A stretch of 64,000 bases of DNA from Gordius albopunctatus. Its lineage: Eukaryota. The position numbers and the translations under genes were made by a program. Under the pieces are notes generated by a model, which had not been told where the DNA came from, did not search any database, and saw only the letters and a list, made by a program, of their open reading frames with translations. Each line of letters starts with the position of its first letter. Positions within the stretch are counted from its first letter, which is position 1. Below are positions 26,036 through 37,560 of the stretch, piece after piece. Where the stretch lies: NCBI GenBank assembly GCA_964276515.1, contig OZ193910.1, forward strand, positions 3,472,001 to 3,536,000, written 5' to 3'.

Positions 26036-27742
26036 TAGTGTTTCGATCTCGTCTCGTCTCGGCAGCGATTATGAAAATCTCGATCTCGTCTCGTCTCTAT
26101 CTAGAAAAATCTCGATCTCGTCTCGACGAGAATTCTCGTTTCGTCTTGACTTTTAAAAAAAAATATATACGGAACAAAAATTTATCCTGTTTTATTAAAA
26201 ATATTAAATAAGTTTTAAAAAATTAAAATTGCAAATTTTTATATTCTTTGCTAAACTTTAATACACAAACATTTTAAAGATTTAGCGGGACACGACATCT
26301 AATTGTCAATATAAAGATATGAATTCATTCAAAAAAATAACATTTTCTATGGGAAGTGCAGACTAAAAAACTATAAATAAATTTGAAGTATAGAAAATTA
26401 AATTTAATTGTTCTAGCAAATTATAACGTTTGTAGTGACGTCAGTTATTGACGTCAATCGGAAATCAATGACGTCTGGGAAACTTAATTCTAAGGCCTTC
26501 CCAGAAAATAATCTATCTTCATGGAAGCGCATCGATGAATTAAATCTTCCAAGAATATTATCGATTTTTCTAACAATAATGATTATGTATTTTAACATAT
26601 ATATATAACGCACTGTGTTAACTATCACTAAGAACGTTACACGTTTGTATCAAATCACCGTGTTTGTCAACTATATAGACTTAGAAAATAATAATTTCGG
26701 TTATAGTTGACTTAGTTGCACAATTTAGCAAATTGCGACCCTCTATTAACCCTGGCTAAAGCTTCAAAGTAGACCTTAACATATTTAAGGCAAACATTTA
26801 AGTCCATTAGTACCATTATTAATTATAGCCCATAGTGTTTATTGCATGTTTACTATAGCGTTATAAATCACAATGTGCGAGTGACTTTTAATGGATAATA
26901 TTATTATTTACAGAATTGATAACTAGATGAACATATAAAAACGGGTAGAAACAACAATAAAAGCAGCATTATTATAGGATTAGGAATATGAGGTTTTAAA
27001 CTCTAAATTGCACGTATTTAAATTTATCACAAAAATCATTAAAATCAAATTTATATTCCAAATAATTATCTTCCAATTCTAACTAACTTTGACATTAAAT
27101 AGTTATTTATCGAATAGAGTTGAAGCATAAAACTTCTAGAAAACTCATGCTTTAGATTTAATCTATTGCGGTGTCATTAAATAATCTATTGTACTTTTGA
27201 AATCGTTAAGCGGGTGCTAAAAAATCTCGAGCCACCTTAGCTTAACTAGTTTAATTATTCAAACTGATTGACCACCAATTTATAATTGCCGCATCATGCA
27301 GGATGAGTAACTGCGAAATTCAGATATGCTTTAGTAATATTTACTATTCAATCAGAACTCATTCTAAGCCTATATTTTTGTAATATTTAATAATGCTATG
27401 GATTTAAATATGTGATAAAGATATTATAAAATTATTCACATACTCTAAGGGTCAACCTAAATCCTGCAAAAAATATAATATTTACAGGAATTTTTTTAAT
27501 GTCAAATATATTCCATACGTATTAATTTAAACTTAATACCTTAAATTTAAATCATGAAAATTAAAATACACAATAATTTACTAAAATATAACGATAAAAA
27601 AGTCGAGATCTCGCCGATAAAATCTCGTCTCGACATCGAAATTCTCGTCTCGATCTCGACTCCATCTTTTGAATTCTCGTCTCGTCTCTGTTTTTCGAGA
27701 CGAGACGAGACCAAGATTTTTCTCGGTTTTTCCGCATCACTA
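26036..27742. mobile_element. Non-autonomous hAT-type element
   Basis: TAGTG...CACTA ends, subterminal TCTCG/TCTCGTCTCG arrays, 8-bp TSD GATATGAT (26028-26035, 27743-27750). A further inverted end of the family starts at 25546. Confidence 0.75.
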
Positions 27743-28137
27743 GATATGATGATATTTTAAATCGTTAACTAAACAAAGTACTTTGATAAATTTGGCTAAA
27801 ATGCTTAAAGATTTTTTGAGCACCCCAGCGAATTCTGTGCCCAACGACTGATTTCAAAAGCATCTTTTGTATCCAATCATGAATTTGCCACGATCTATAA
27901 TTCACCTCATCATGGCACACCTTTAAAGTTCTAAATCTACAAATCACATTATTAATTTGTTTTGCCATTTACATTATCTTTCACCTTATATTGGTAGGGT
28001 TGGCAGATTTTAATTTTATATAAATGTTAAGATTTTGCAAAATATAATATATATGAGCCTAAGTATTATTAATAAATAAATATTTTATGGCAAAATAATT
28101 TCATAAAGGACACAAGTAAATATTTGGGCAATATCTA

Positions 28138-29985
28138 AAGGAAACGGCCTCTCAAATCTTGGGACGAACTAAGGGCGGCAGAGCTCGCAAGCGTGAACTA
28201 TGCTGGTGGAATGACTCGGTTAAAGAGGATATAGAAGAAAAGAAGGCGTTGTATCTACGATGGTACAAAACGAAGAAAGGAGAAGACTACGTGGCATATC
28301 GTAAAGCGAAACGCAAAGCTAAGATAGCGTTTGCGATAGCGAAGCAAAGATCAGGGAGAAAAAAAGTCGAGATGTCGGGACACTGAAAGTCATTAAAAGC
28401 GAAGAGGGACGAACGTTGTGCAAACCGAAGGAAGTCATCAAAAGATGGAAAGATTATTTCCAAAATATGATGAACAAAATGAATGATAGAAGACCGCAAG
28501 AGAGGGTGGAACCGAACTCGAACTTGGTTCTACCATTGCAGGCTTATGAATTAGGAGCGCAACTAACGAAGATGCGGAAAGGGAAAGCGCTAGGTCCCGA
28601 TAATTTACCGATCGAAGCTTGGCTTGGGTGCAAAGTAGAAGGAATCGACATAATGACAGGCCTATTTAACGCTATTCTGTATGAGAGTCGTATCCCTGAC
28701 CAATGGAGGGAAAGTACGATCATACCCATATACAAAGGCAAAGGAAACGCGCAGGAATGTGGCAACTTTAGAGGTATCAAGTTGACCTGCCACTCACTAA
28801 AACTACTAGAAAGGGTGCTAGTGAAAAGGCTCAATGACGAAGTCTGTCTCTCGCCCAATCAGTTTGGATTTGTGGCCGGTAAATCAACGATGGATCCAAT
28901 CTTTGCGTTGAAGCAGACGATGGAAAAATATGGTGACATAAGAAAGAACTTACACATGGTCTTCATCGATTTAGAAAAGGCCTACGATAGGGTTCCGAGA
29001 GAGTTAATATGGTGGTCCCTTAGAGCCAGAAATATACCCGAAGGATATGTTCGACTTATCAAGGAAATGTATAATGGTGCGGTTGCATCTGTTAGGACTA
29101 CCGTAGGAGAAACAAAACCCTTCCGAATAATGATCGGACTACATCAAGGGTCAGCGTTAAGCCTATTCGTGTTTAATCTAATTATGGATACAATAACAAA
29201 GGACTTGCACAAGCCAGCCCCTTGGACTATGCTATATGCCGACGATATTGTCCTATGCGATGAAACAAGAGAAGAGGTTTTTCATCAGGCGAAAAAATGG
29301 TCAGAACGTTTTTCGGAATTCGGGTTAAGACTCAGCGAGAAGAAAACGATTTACATGCAAACGATGGGCGGTAGTCCGCAAATGCACAAAAATGACGGTC
29401 CAATGTTCACATATCTTGGCTCGCTATACCGCCGAAGTCCATTCTCGGATCAAGAAAACATGGCTCAAGTGGCGCAGCATCTCCGGTGTCATGTGTGACA
29501 AGAAGATACCAATTTGGTTGAAAAGCAAGGCGTACAAAACCATCGTGCGACCGGTCTTGCTTTACGGGAGCGAAACATGGTCTGTAACCACCGCGGAGGA
29601 GAAACTCTTGCAAGTCACAGAAATGAGAATGGTGCGATGGAGCTTAGGCTACACCAAGCTGGATCGCATGACGAACGAATCCTTGATGACAAAGATGGGT
29701 ATACAAGCGACGAAGGACTTCTTAAGAGAAAATCGACTGCGGTGGTACGGCCATGTATTACGAAGAGACGAAGACGATGTCACACGCCAAACGCTGGAGA
29801 TGGACGTGCCTGGAAGAAGAGGAAGGGGCAGACCATGTGCCACCTGGAAACGACTGGTCGAAAAGGATATGGACGTCAAACAGATGGAAATTGGCATGGC
29901 ATTTACGCGACTCAGATGGAAGAGGCTGCTGAAAACGTACCCCACGTCTGTGGGATTTTCAACACGATAAAGAAGAAGAAGAAGA
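28138..29985 (+). mobile_element. 5'-truncated RTE LINE (RT), frameshifted
   Basis: RT motifs FIDLEKAYD, HQGSALS, YADD, RLRWYGHV; (AAG)n tail at ~29970-29985; same family as 62925-64000. Confidence 0.92.
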
Positions 29986-30370
29986 ATATAATATGAATTT
30001 ACACTATAATAAATCGTTTACTTTTTAAATGTAAAATTAATTGTTATCAAATTATATACGTGCAATTTATTGAAAACTTAAATTTATTGTGTTACGAATT
30101 TAGTAACAATGCTACTCTTATTGGTTATATTACAGCTTAATCAATGCAACTAATTCACTGGTCAACAAATAATGGACTTGATCAACCGGCAAACTGTTTG
30201 CAGATTCTGGTAGAGTTATTTACTGTGAACACAAATATGTTTTTGATTTTTTTTCTATACGTCAAGCTTTTTAAATATTCGCTGTCAAAGTTGCCAAAAG
30301 CAGCAATTTTAGCTTTTTTCAAACGTCAATAACTTGTAATCGGTAAAAATTTTATTTAATAGATTTAATT

Positions 30371-33030
30371 TGTAGATAAGGGGGAGAGGAATGTATTTAC
30401 AATTTTTTTATCCTAGCACATTTGTTTTTCAATTGTATACAAAATTAATTTATCCCTATCTTTTTAAATTGACAGATTACACCAGACTTGAAGTCGCTCT
30501 CCCTTCTCTTTAACACTAGGAATTAAGTGTTTTACTCTACAACTACCACTACATTAATACCACTGCTTTTCATAAATAATTTAACAATTTTGCCCCCCCC
30601 CCCCCATTTTTTTCCCCAGGTGATTTGCCCTCTCCCCTTTTACCCTCTCACTCACTCAGACCAAGGGGGCGGGCAGTCACCCCTACCCGGCCCCCTCTTG
30701 ATAAGTTATAGAGTAAAAAAATGGGTAGGGGGGGGGGGGGATCAACCCTCCCCCCCCCCCCACGCTCCCGTGCGAGGAAGAGGGTAAAAAAGGGTAGGGG
30801 CAAATCCCCCCCCCTTTGGGTGACGGATAGGGTGATAAGTGTAGAGAGGTAATAGGAGCGCGAAGTGCCTCCGGGATACGTTAGTTACCTGCGTGTTGTC
30901 GTTATTTACCTGTGTGTGGTCAATCAAAAATTATGATTAATTAGTTGTAACTTATATATGCGTTTGATATACACGTCTTACTCACTTACTATTTTCTTAC
31001 TATTGTGATATCCTTTCGTAACGTGTTTTTGAAGATTATTTCCCCGCTCCTAACAGTGGCATCGTGAAGCCTACGCGGAGATGCAGAAATATAAAACAAC
31101 GGCGAACATCGACGCTTTTATAACACAATTTGAGCTATTCCTAAGGAGCAATAAGACGGAGACAGATTAGTAAAAAGCAGCTCTATTATTAACCAGCCTG
31201 GATGTGGAGACATTCCAATTAATACTAGAGGATTATAGACCTCAAGAGTTGACAGGAATTACATATGAAGAAGCTAAAAATTGGTTAAGAAAATTATTCC
31301 AGAGGAATTCATGCGCGAGGGCGAAGATGTATGAATTCTCAAAGGTTCGACAAGGCCAGGGAGAGACGATAGACGCGTACGCTAATAGACTCAAGGCCGG
31401 AGCAAACAGCTGCAACTTCGGGAACGAAGAGTTACAGAACAGAATCGTCGACCAATTCATTATAGGATTGCGCGATAGAAGCTTAAAGGCGAGACTATTG
31501 GCAGAAAATGACATCCAATGGGACCGCCTACGGGAGCTGGCGGCAAAGCACCTGGCAGGACGGCCCGAAGAGGCGTGGAGCGTATTAGCGATACGAGAAG
31601 CGTGGCCTGAGCCGACCCAGATTCCCAGGTTAAACCATGCTTTATATGTGTTAACAGTAGATATATATATTAATAACGAGTTATTCCAATGCATCTTTGA
31701 TACGGGCGCGACGATCGCGATAATACAGGTGCAAAGATGGGCAAAGGAGATCCCACGCAATAAAGAGCCCGTCCCGATGGTGTACGCGTACGGCCACGAG
31801 GAAATAAAGATCGTAGCCAAGGTACAAGCCGATTTCCGAACGAGGAACACGAGGAAACAGCTGTTGTTATTATTAGCAGACGTAGCGGGGCCGCCGTTAT
31901 GCGGGATAGATTGGATCCAAGAATTCGAGCCCGAAATCTGGCGTCGGATACGTTGGAACTCGAGAGCTGCGGCGGACGGTTCGCGGTCAAATACATGGAA
32001 AGACCGAAGAATACCAAATCCGCGATCGAGCACTTGATGAAGCAATGGGATGGCAAGCTAAATGAATGTCCAAAAGCAGTCAAGGGAATAACAATGGAAG
32101 TGCCGTTAAAAGAAGGCATAAATCCCGTATTTATCCCCGCACGAAGGGTGCCGATGGCATGGAAGAAAGAAGTGGAAGAAGAGTTGGACAAATGGGTCAG
32201 AGGCGGAGTAATAGAACCAATCGGTTTTTCAAGATGGGCCAGTCCAGTGGTACCCGTAAAAAAAGCGATGGGAGCCTGCGATTATGTATAGATTACCGGT
32301 TTACGATAAATAAACACGCCCAAGGTTTGTTGTACCCCTTACCCAAAATCAACGATTTGTTAAATAAACTCGATAACGCGTGTTTTTTTTACGAAGCTGT
32401 ACCTAACGAAAGCGTACTTACAGCTGGAATTAAGGCCAGAGACGAGCCAACGATTGACTATCTCTACGCAAGGGCTTATTTAAAGTTAACCGGATGCCTT
32501 TTGGCTTAAATTGTGCCGCGGCGATTTTCCAAAAAACAATGGATCAAATATTAGAAGGCATAGAGGAGGTAGCGGTATACATCGACGATATACTAATTGC
32601 AGAGGAAACGGAAGAAATCTACAACGAGCGGTTACTCAAAGTACTAGAAACGTTACAAAAGTGGGGGTTCATGCCAAACATTGCCAAGAGCATATTGTGG
32701 GTAAAGGAAGTAACCTTTTTGGGATAGGTAATAAGTAACAAAGGGATTCAAATCAACAACAATAAAACCGAACTAGTCAAGCAGTGAAAGAATTTAACAA
32801 ACAAAAATGAAATACAATTGTTCCTTGGGTTAACAGCATATTTTTCAAAGTTCATTAAGGACTACGCCAAAATCGTGCACCAGATTCAGAAACTCGTGAA
32901 AAAAAACGTGATGTACCACTGGGGTGAAAAAAAACAAGGCGCATTTGAAGCCATCAAGTCCGCGCTTACGAAAGCCCTCCTACTGGCATACTTTAATGGA
33001 GATTGGGAGACGGGCCTGGTCGTAGAATAA
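30371..33030 (+). mobile_element. Truncated Ty3/Gypsy LTR retrotransposon (5' LTR, PBS, gag-protease-RT), degenerate
   Basis: Putative LTR end ...CTAACA followed by PBS TGGCATCGTG (~31057), Gag MHR-like RQGQGETIDAYANRL, protease FDTGA, RT WASPVVPV/MPFGL/YIDDIL. Breaks off before RNase H/integrase. 5' boundary uncertain. Confidence 0.85.
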
Positions 33031-33149
33031 TGGTTTAATATAGAAGAGTTCGATACGCGTGAATAAACGCCTCTAGCGAAAGTTTCTTACGAAACCGTAC
33101 CTAGGGGAATCCAGGATCGGGCCTAACCCGGTCCCGGATTTATTATTAT

Positions 33150-33269
33150 TATGCATCCAATGTATAAATACACCCGTCTGCCCTCCGGGTATCACTTGTC
33201 TTTTTTCCTACGTGACACCCTCCTCACCTTTTTCGCCCAACTTGTCCCCAAGACTTATTCCCTAAATTT
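33150..33269 (+). promoter_or_regulatory. 120-bp direct-repeat module with CCAAT, TATA and Inr (copies 33150-33269, 35923-36042, 36233-36352)
   Basis: CCAAT directly before TATAAATA (33163); Inr-like TCACTT with its A 31 nt downstream (33194), which is canonical Pol II spacing. Confidence 0.6.
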
Positions 33270-33280
33270 TTTGGTAGTGA

Positions 33281-33990
33281 ATGGTTAATACAAGGTCCCA
33301 AGACCACCATAATAGTTTCTTTTTGATTACACCTGAAACGTCTATGACTTCACCACCTACCAACACGAACTTAAGGGCTGGATCAGGCACCGACAACGTT
33401 GTAGAAGGGTTACTGGCAAGAATAGCCACTATGCAGGAAACGGCCGTAAACGCCCTAACAAGACAAGCTGAAGGACAGAGAGTACAAACTGAGGCCCTGC
33501 AGCAACTACTACAGCGGACATCGCTGGGGCCCACATCAACTGCTTCCACCCCAACACTGCCTCCCAACACTCAACAAGGGGGGCCCTCAACCCTCCAAAT
33601 TATGCCAGCGCCGGAGCCGCCGCGAACAATCGCCTCTGTGTTAGACGATATCAACCTGCACAAATCCTAGACCCCGACAACAAGGCGGCTAAGAGGGATA
33701 AACATGAGGCGAAATTCGCCATCCACTGCGCTAAACTCACCAGGATACCAAAGACTCTTGAAGAACTGATCCCCATAGATGATCAGCTCAAGAAAATGTG
33801 CCTGGCAATTAAGTTTAACTGGAAAACGGCTGCTTCACAGGACTCCGTATGACTTAAGGAAATGAGAATGCAAGACGTGGACGTCAAGAAGGACGCTCAG
33901 CGCCGACAGTTTTTTCCGAGAGCTGGCAGGGGCGGAAGCGCACCTAAGGGCCGCAACGTCAAAAAGGGCGCGGCCCCTGCCAAGGGTTAG
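33281..33990 (+). pseudogene. ORF1 (Gag/core-like) of the 3083-bp element; frameshift near 33655 and TGA near 33850
   Basis: MVNTRSQ..., a helical region, then in a shifted frame ...KRDKHEAKFAI...LAIKFNWKTA...RRQFFPRAGRGGSAPKGRNVKKG* with a basic RGG tail. Gag/core identity inferred from position and composition. Confidence 0.6.
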
Positions 33991-35915
33991 AAAGCGCCTC
34001 AACAAAGTTGCAGCAAAATGGGAGTTCGGGCCAAATGGCTTACCGACTCCCCACGGCGATTCGAATATAGTTTCCCCTATGTGGCTTAAAAGTGTTTTTC
34101 ACTTTCTTAGGGAAACGCGACGTATAATCTTTTCGCCACCCAACGATGACGGACCGCTGCTGCCGGACACTCCGCCGTCTACTCCGCCGCCACATACCGA
34201 CTCCCCGCCATTACCTACCGAGTTGGAACAGCGCCTCGCTGACTCCGAGCCATCCCTCGTCCGGGACGCGGGATCGGGACAAATCCGATCCCTAATACAA
34301 GCGCACAAAGTGTTCTTCGGCTGGAGCAAAGCGACTTCCTCCGCTAAACCCAATGGCGTACTCGACATTCGTACCTCACGCTTAATACCGCACGAGCTCA
34401 TGTCGCCGTTTAGCAGGAAGGTAGCCACAAAAGGCTACAAAGCCTTTCTAGATGCGTACAACATCAGACTTAATGGAGGACTGATACAGCCCCCCAAGTC
34501 GAAAAGATACTCGAAAGGCTCCCCGGCCTTCTTCACCGAAATGATACGGGCAGGAATCGTTTCAAGAGCGGCGAAACTCCTAATCCGATCTGCCACCTTC
34601 TTTATAGCAAAACCTAATGGGGACGCAAGGGTAATTACCGATCTTTCGCATGCATCTAGGAATTTCGTCCCCAAACCTATGAAGTTGGCAAATATACCGC
34701 TTACAGCCAAACATCTTGCGGCAGCGCGATGGGCCGCGAAAATCGATTTCAAGGCCGCCTTCTTCTCTATACCAATCCACCAGAGCACGAGAAAATACTT
34801 GGGATACGTATGGCGGAGGAAGCCCTTCGAATACAACGTGCTCCCCATGGGGACCTCTTTCTCTCCCTTCGTGCTCCAAATGATAGTGAGCGACTTGGCT
34901 AAGAAAGCCGTGAAACGATCCAAGTATAACGTTTACCTGGACGATCTGCTGATATATAGCGACAAATACGACAACGTCCAGGAAGACCTGGAGGACCTGG
35001 CCGACCTCGCCAAAGCATGGGGTCTTACAATAAATGTAGCCAAGTCCTCGATTATGCCGACTCAACGCATCGAGTACCTAGGCATGGAACTCAAACTCGA
35101 CGTCTCGGCAATTAAGTACAAACAAGGCACTGCTGACCGACTACAAATCGTGGCAGATATCCTCTTCCTCGGCACTAACACGTGATGTCCCGATCAACAC
35201 GCTGCTTGAGGCGCTCGGCATTCTTAATTACTTCTTTTACAATTTAACAGGCATGTCCAAGTTGTTTTCCAGCTTCTATAGCCTCACAAGAAGCGACCCC
35301 CAGTGGTTAGATAGGAACTTAGCAGCTAATAAACTCATGGCGATTCTAAAGCTAACACACGAGACCATACCGCTCTGGGTTAAATCATCCAACATCGTAT
35401 ACGTTGACGCCTCGGGAACACACATAGGGATAATGGATAGCTACGGGTGGCACTCAAACAGCTTCGTAAATGCGGCGGCGTCCTTCTGATGGCGATGGAG
35501 AGAACCGTATCACATCACCCTATCCGAGACAGTAGCGGTTCTGTATGGCTAAGTTCGCTCTTTCCTCAGCGGCCACAATCACCCTAAACTAATAAACGAC
35601 TCAGCTACGGCATACTACGTCCTCAAAAAAGGGGGATCAAACTCTCCTATCATCGAGGAAGTAATAGCAACGTTCGTTAAAACGTACGGCGTCAAGCACC
35701 TGCTCAACATACACTTTAACCTATCATGGATACCGACACACCTCAACCCGGCCGACAAACCATCCCGACAATGGGCACCTGACACACCGGATAGCGAACT
35801 ATCAAACACGGATATTGACTACGTCCTTCAACACGGACTCCCGAATGACGATGACATAGACCTGGCTTTTTGGGAAAACGAAATACCGGTCGAAATAGTC
35901 GATCTAGAACCATAA
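33866..35915 (+). pseudogene. ORF2: reverse transcriptase + RNase H; frameshift near 35175, stops near 35487 and 35550
   Basis: RT motifs FFIAKPNGDARVITDLSHASR, KIDFKAAF, LPMGTSFSPF, YLDD, IEYLGM; thumb LLEALGILNY. RNase H tetrad VDASG / HITLSET / INDS / WIPTHLNPADKPSR read by eye. Frame is open from 33866 and ends TAA 35913-35915. Confidence 0.88.
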
Positions 35916-37386
35916 CAAACCCTATGCATCCAATGTATAAATACACCCGTCTGCCCTCCGGGTATCACTTGTCTTTTTTCCTACGTGACACCCTCCTCAC
36001 CTTTTTCGCCCAACTTGTCCCCAAGCCTTATTCCCTAAATTTCGTTTTTACCACACACTTACGCGCATTTATTCACTTATACGCGATCTCGCTTTACGCA
36101 CGCTTATAATTTTTATATTTTATTGTGCTGCTTCGATACGCGTGAATAAACGCCTCTAGCGAAAGTTTCTTACGAAACCGTACCTAGGGGAATCCAGGAT
36201 CGGGCCTAACCCGGTCCCGGATTTATTATTATTATGCATCCAATGTATAAATACACCCGTCTGCCCTCCGGGTATCACTTGTCATTTTTCCTACGTGACA
36301 CCCCCCTCACCTTTTTCGCCCAACTTGTCCCCAAGACTTATTCCCTAAATTTTTTGGTAGTGAATGGTTAATACAAGGTCCCAAGACCACCATAATAGTT
36401 TCTTTTTGATTACACCTGAAACGTCTATGACTTCACCACCTACCAACACGAACTTAAGGGCTGGATCAGGCACCGACAACGTTGTAGAAGGGTTACTGGC
36501 AAGAATAGCCACTATGCAGGAAACGGCCGTAAACGCCCTAACAAGACAAGCTGAAGGACAGAGAGTACAAACTGAGGCCCTGCAGCAACTACTACAGCGG
36601 ACATCGCTGGGGCCCACATCAACTGCTTCCACCCCAACACTGCCTCCCAACACTCAACAAGGGGGGCCCTCAACCCTCCAAATTATGCCAGCGCCGGAGC
36701 CGCCGCGAACAATCGCCTCTGTGTTAGACGATATCAACCTGCACAAATCCTAGACCCCGACAACAAGGCGGCTAAGAGGGATAAACATGAGGCGAAATTC
36801 GCCATCCACTGCGCTAAACTCACCAGGATACCAAAGACTCTTGAAGAACTGATCCCCATAGATGATCAGCTCAAGAAAATGTGCCTGGCAATTAAGTTTA
36901 ACTGGAAAACGGCTGCTTCACAGGACTCCGTATGACTTAAGGAAATGAGAATGCAAGACGTGGACGTCAAGAAGGACGCTCAGCGCCGACAGTTTTTTCC
37001 GAGAGCTGGCAGGGGCGGAAGCGCACCTAAGGGCCGCAACGTCAAAAAGGGCGCGGCCCCTGCCAAGGGTTAGAAAGCGCCTCAACAAAGTTGCAGCAAA
37101 ATGGGAGTTCGGGCCAAATGGCTTACCGACTCCCCACGGCGATTCGAATATAGTTTCCCCTATGTGGCTTAAAAGTGTTTTTCACTTTCTTAGGGAAACG
37201 CGACGTATAATCTTTTCGCCACCCAACGATGACGGACCGCTGCTGCCGGACACTCCGCCGTCTACTCCGCCGCCACATACCGACTCCCCGCCATCACCTA
37301 CCGAGTTGGAACAGCGCCTCGCTGACTCCGAGCCATCCCTAGTTTCGGCGAGTTGTTAGGGCACCGAACGCTACTAGATTTCAGAT

Positions 37387-37560
37387 GGTGCCCTATCAGC
37401 TCGCCGAAAACAATCTCGCCGAAATTAATGTCCCCCAGTTAAAAAAAGGTCCCCTAATTTAAAATCGTCCCCCATTCAACCAATCACAAAACGGGGGACC
37501 TTTTTTAACTGGGTGACATTAAATTCGGCGATATTGTTTTCGGCAAGTTGACGGGCCACC
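37387..37560. mobile_element. Palindromic Mutator-like MITE
   Basis: ~70-bp TIRs (GGTGCCCTATCAGCTCGCCGAAAAC... / ...GTTTTCGGCAAGTTGACGGGCCACC) and 9-bp TSD ATTTCAGAT (37378-37386, 37561-37569). Solo ends at 37342-37365 and ~1285-1307. Confidence 0.8.

Larger units (their letters stand above)
33049..37340 (+). mobile_element. Head-to-tail tandem (3083-bp unit, 1.4 copies) of a hepadnavirus-like (HEART)/DIRS-related RT-RNase H retroelement with no integrase or recombinase
   Basis: 33049-34257 recurs near-identically at 36132-37340 (offset 3083). The unit holds ORF1, RT-RNase H, a 120-bp direct repeat and a 190-bp spacer. Confidence 0.8.

Noticed and set aside
30590..30815. G/C-run nested hairpin as a separate regulatory RNA
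   Set aside because: Low-complexity imperfect inverted repeat in the presumed Gypsy LTR region; probably LTR sequence or a decayed MITE.
31242..32191. Long antisense ORFs (267 and 173 aa) and similar antisense ORFs over the RTEs and the RT-RNase H element
   Set aside because: Shadows of GC-richer sense-strand transposon ORFs with no recognisable motifs.
33049..33150. Penelope-like element with pseudo-LTR and hammerhead, suggested by the tandem layout
   Set aside because: RT is followed by RNase H rather than GIY-YIG, RT motifs are not PLE-type, and no CTGANGA core was seen on either strand.
35487..35552. TGA/TAA in RNase H as an alternative genetic code or programmed readthrough
   Set aside because: Mixed stop types plus frameshifts elsewhere in the element are better explained by decay.
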